Assembly (NCBI RefSeq): GCF_018350175.1
Contig: NC_058373.1
Span: 106,456,001 to 106,520,000 of the forward strand
Direction: 5' to 3'
Origin: Felis catus
Lineage: Eukaryota
DNA length: 64,000 bases
Part shown: positions 62,935-64,000 of the stretch, in pieces
How positions within the stretch are numbered: position 1 is the stretch's first letter
Layout: each line of letters starts with the position of its first letter
Translations under genes and position numbers: made by a program
Notes under the pieces: generated by a model
What the model was told of the DNA's origin: nothing
What the model saw: only the letters and a program-made list of their open reading frames with translations
The model's database searches: none

Positions 62935-63381
62935 AGGAAAAAAAGTCAGATACAAAAATATTCCCTTCATACAGGTACAACTATTATGTGGTGATAGAAG
63001 CCAGAATAACGATTGCCTCTGGAAATGGGGGACTGACTGGGAGCAGTTGTATGAATGAGCCTTCCTGCATGAAATGTTCTTTCTTGATTTAGGGAATTGG
63101 TACCTGATGTGCATCTACCTGCCAGTACAAATAAGATTTGTTTGTTTTTCTATATGTAAATTACATCTCAGTATTTTTAAAAAATTAAATAGTATAATGA
63201 AATTAAATTAAAAGTCAGCCTGACATGTGGAGGATGTTTAATAGATTATGCATATCACTATTATACGAACTTAAATACCTGCTACTAACATCTGCTAAGT
63301 GTAACTGTATGCACTTGGAAAGATAAGCTAAACAAATTGACAAAGGAAGGCACATGTGATTTAAGAAGTGAAATTGTGGAG

Positions 63382-63595
63382 GGGCCCCTGGGTGGCTCAG
63401 TGGGTTAAGCGTCCAACTGCATCTCAGGTCATGATCTCATGGTTCATGAGTTCAAGCCCCACATCAAGTCTGTGCTGACAGCTCAGAGCCTGGAGCCTGC
63501 TTCAGATTTTGTGTCTCCCTCTCTCTCTGCCCCTCCCCTGCTCATTCTCTCTCTCTCTCTCTCTCAAAAACAAACATTAAAAATTTAAAAAGAAA
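63382..63595 (+). mobile_element. SINEC_Fc2-type CanSINE
   Basis: Flanked by aaattgtg. Confidence 0.92.
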
Positions 63596-63671
63596 TAAAA
63601 TTGTGAGTTGCAATTTCACAAAAGTGAGACACTGGAAAAAAATGCAAAACTTGTAGAGCCTATTGCCTTAC

Positions 63672-63814
63672 AAATGGTTAGATAAACTTCAAAAAAGGTT
63701 CATTAATTACAAGCCATTGGAGTTTTGTCACTTGTATCATTTATTTTCAAAGTCTTCCATTTAGAAAGCAACAATGACAGCATGGTGCTTTTTTTTACAA
63801 ACATTTTAAAGGCA
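63672..63814 (-). pseudogene. Dynein-like exon remnant, AAA4 region
   Basis: Acceptor ttttttcctAG, donor GTAAGG; reads VCKKKHHAVIVAF*MEDFENK, compare dynein VRKNLHIVLCMSPVGDAFRNR; contains stops. Confidence 0.35.
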
Positions 63815-64000
63815 CTAGGAAAAAAAGGGATTTATTTTAAGAAAATAAATGGGTTAAGATTTAGGTCAAAATCCCACAATGATTTGTATTTGTCCTTAAT
63901 TTGCTCCATGAAAAAAGCTGCTTTGAGAATCTCAGCATCCTCTTGGGATGCCCTTACTCCCAGGCTCTCTGCAAGAATACAGGCTGGTTTAGCAATGGAG

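Larger units (their letters stand above)
60210..63180 (+). mobile_element. Old L1M fragments hosting a SINE cluster and a younger L1
   Basis: Endonuclease-region and 3'UTR L1M text. Confidence 0.6.
200..63814 (-). pseudogene. Decayed multi-exon dynein heavy chain-like pseudogene (AAA4 end to C-terminus); 5' part outside the window
   Basis: About 25 minus-strand exon-like segments whose translations match recalled dynein heavy chain motifs in collinear order. Many carry in-frame stops or 1-nt indels. Individual matches are weak (roughly 20-30% identity by eye); the order and ungapped register are the support. Confidence 0.72.

Overview
Repeat-rich mammalian genomic DNA from a cat-family (Felidae) genome, identified by about 30 tRNA-derived CanSINEs (six are young SINEC_Fc-type copies) and carnivore L1 elements. 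It also holds old L1M/L2/MIR fragments, MaLR/ERVL/ERV1 solo LTRs and hAT DNA-transposon relics. I found no intact protein-coding gene, RNA gene or CpG island; most listed ORFs come from repeats or chance. The main non-repeat signal is on the minus strand: about 25 exon-shaped segments, many with canonical AG/GT borders. Translated through stops and frameshifts, they follow the domain order of the C-terminal part of a dynein heavy chain: end of AAA4 (~63.8-58.5 kb), stalk and microtubule-binding domain (~57.9-49.8 kb), AAA5 and strut (~48.3-33.8 kb), AAA6 (~27.3-14 kb), C-terminal domain (~9.6-0.2 kb). I read this as an intron-containing, decayed and very divergent dynein-heavy-chain-like pseudogene whose 5' part lies beyond the right edge. 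The protein comparisons were made by eye against dynein sequences recalled from memory, not by database search, so they need an HMM or tblastn check. Several unusual retrotransposition and repair scars are also reported.
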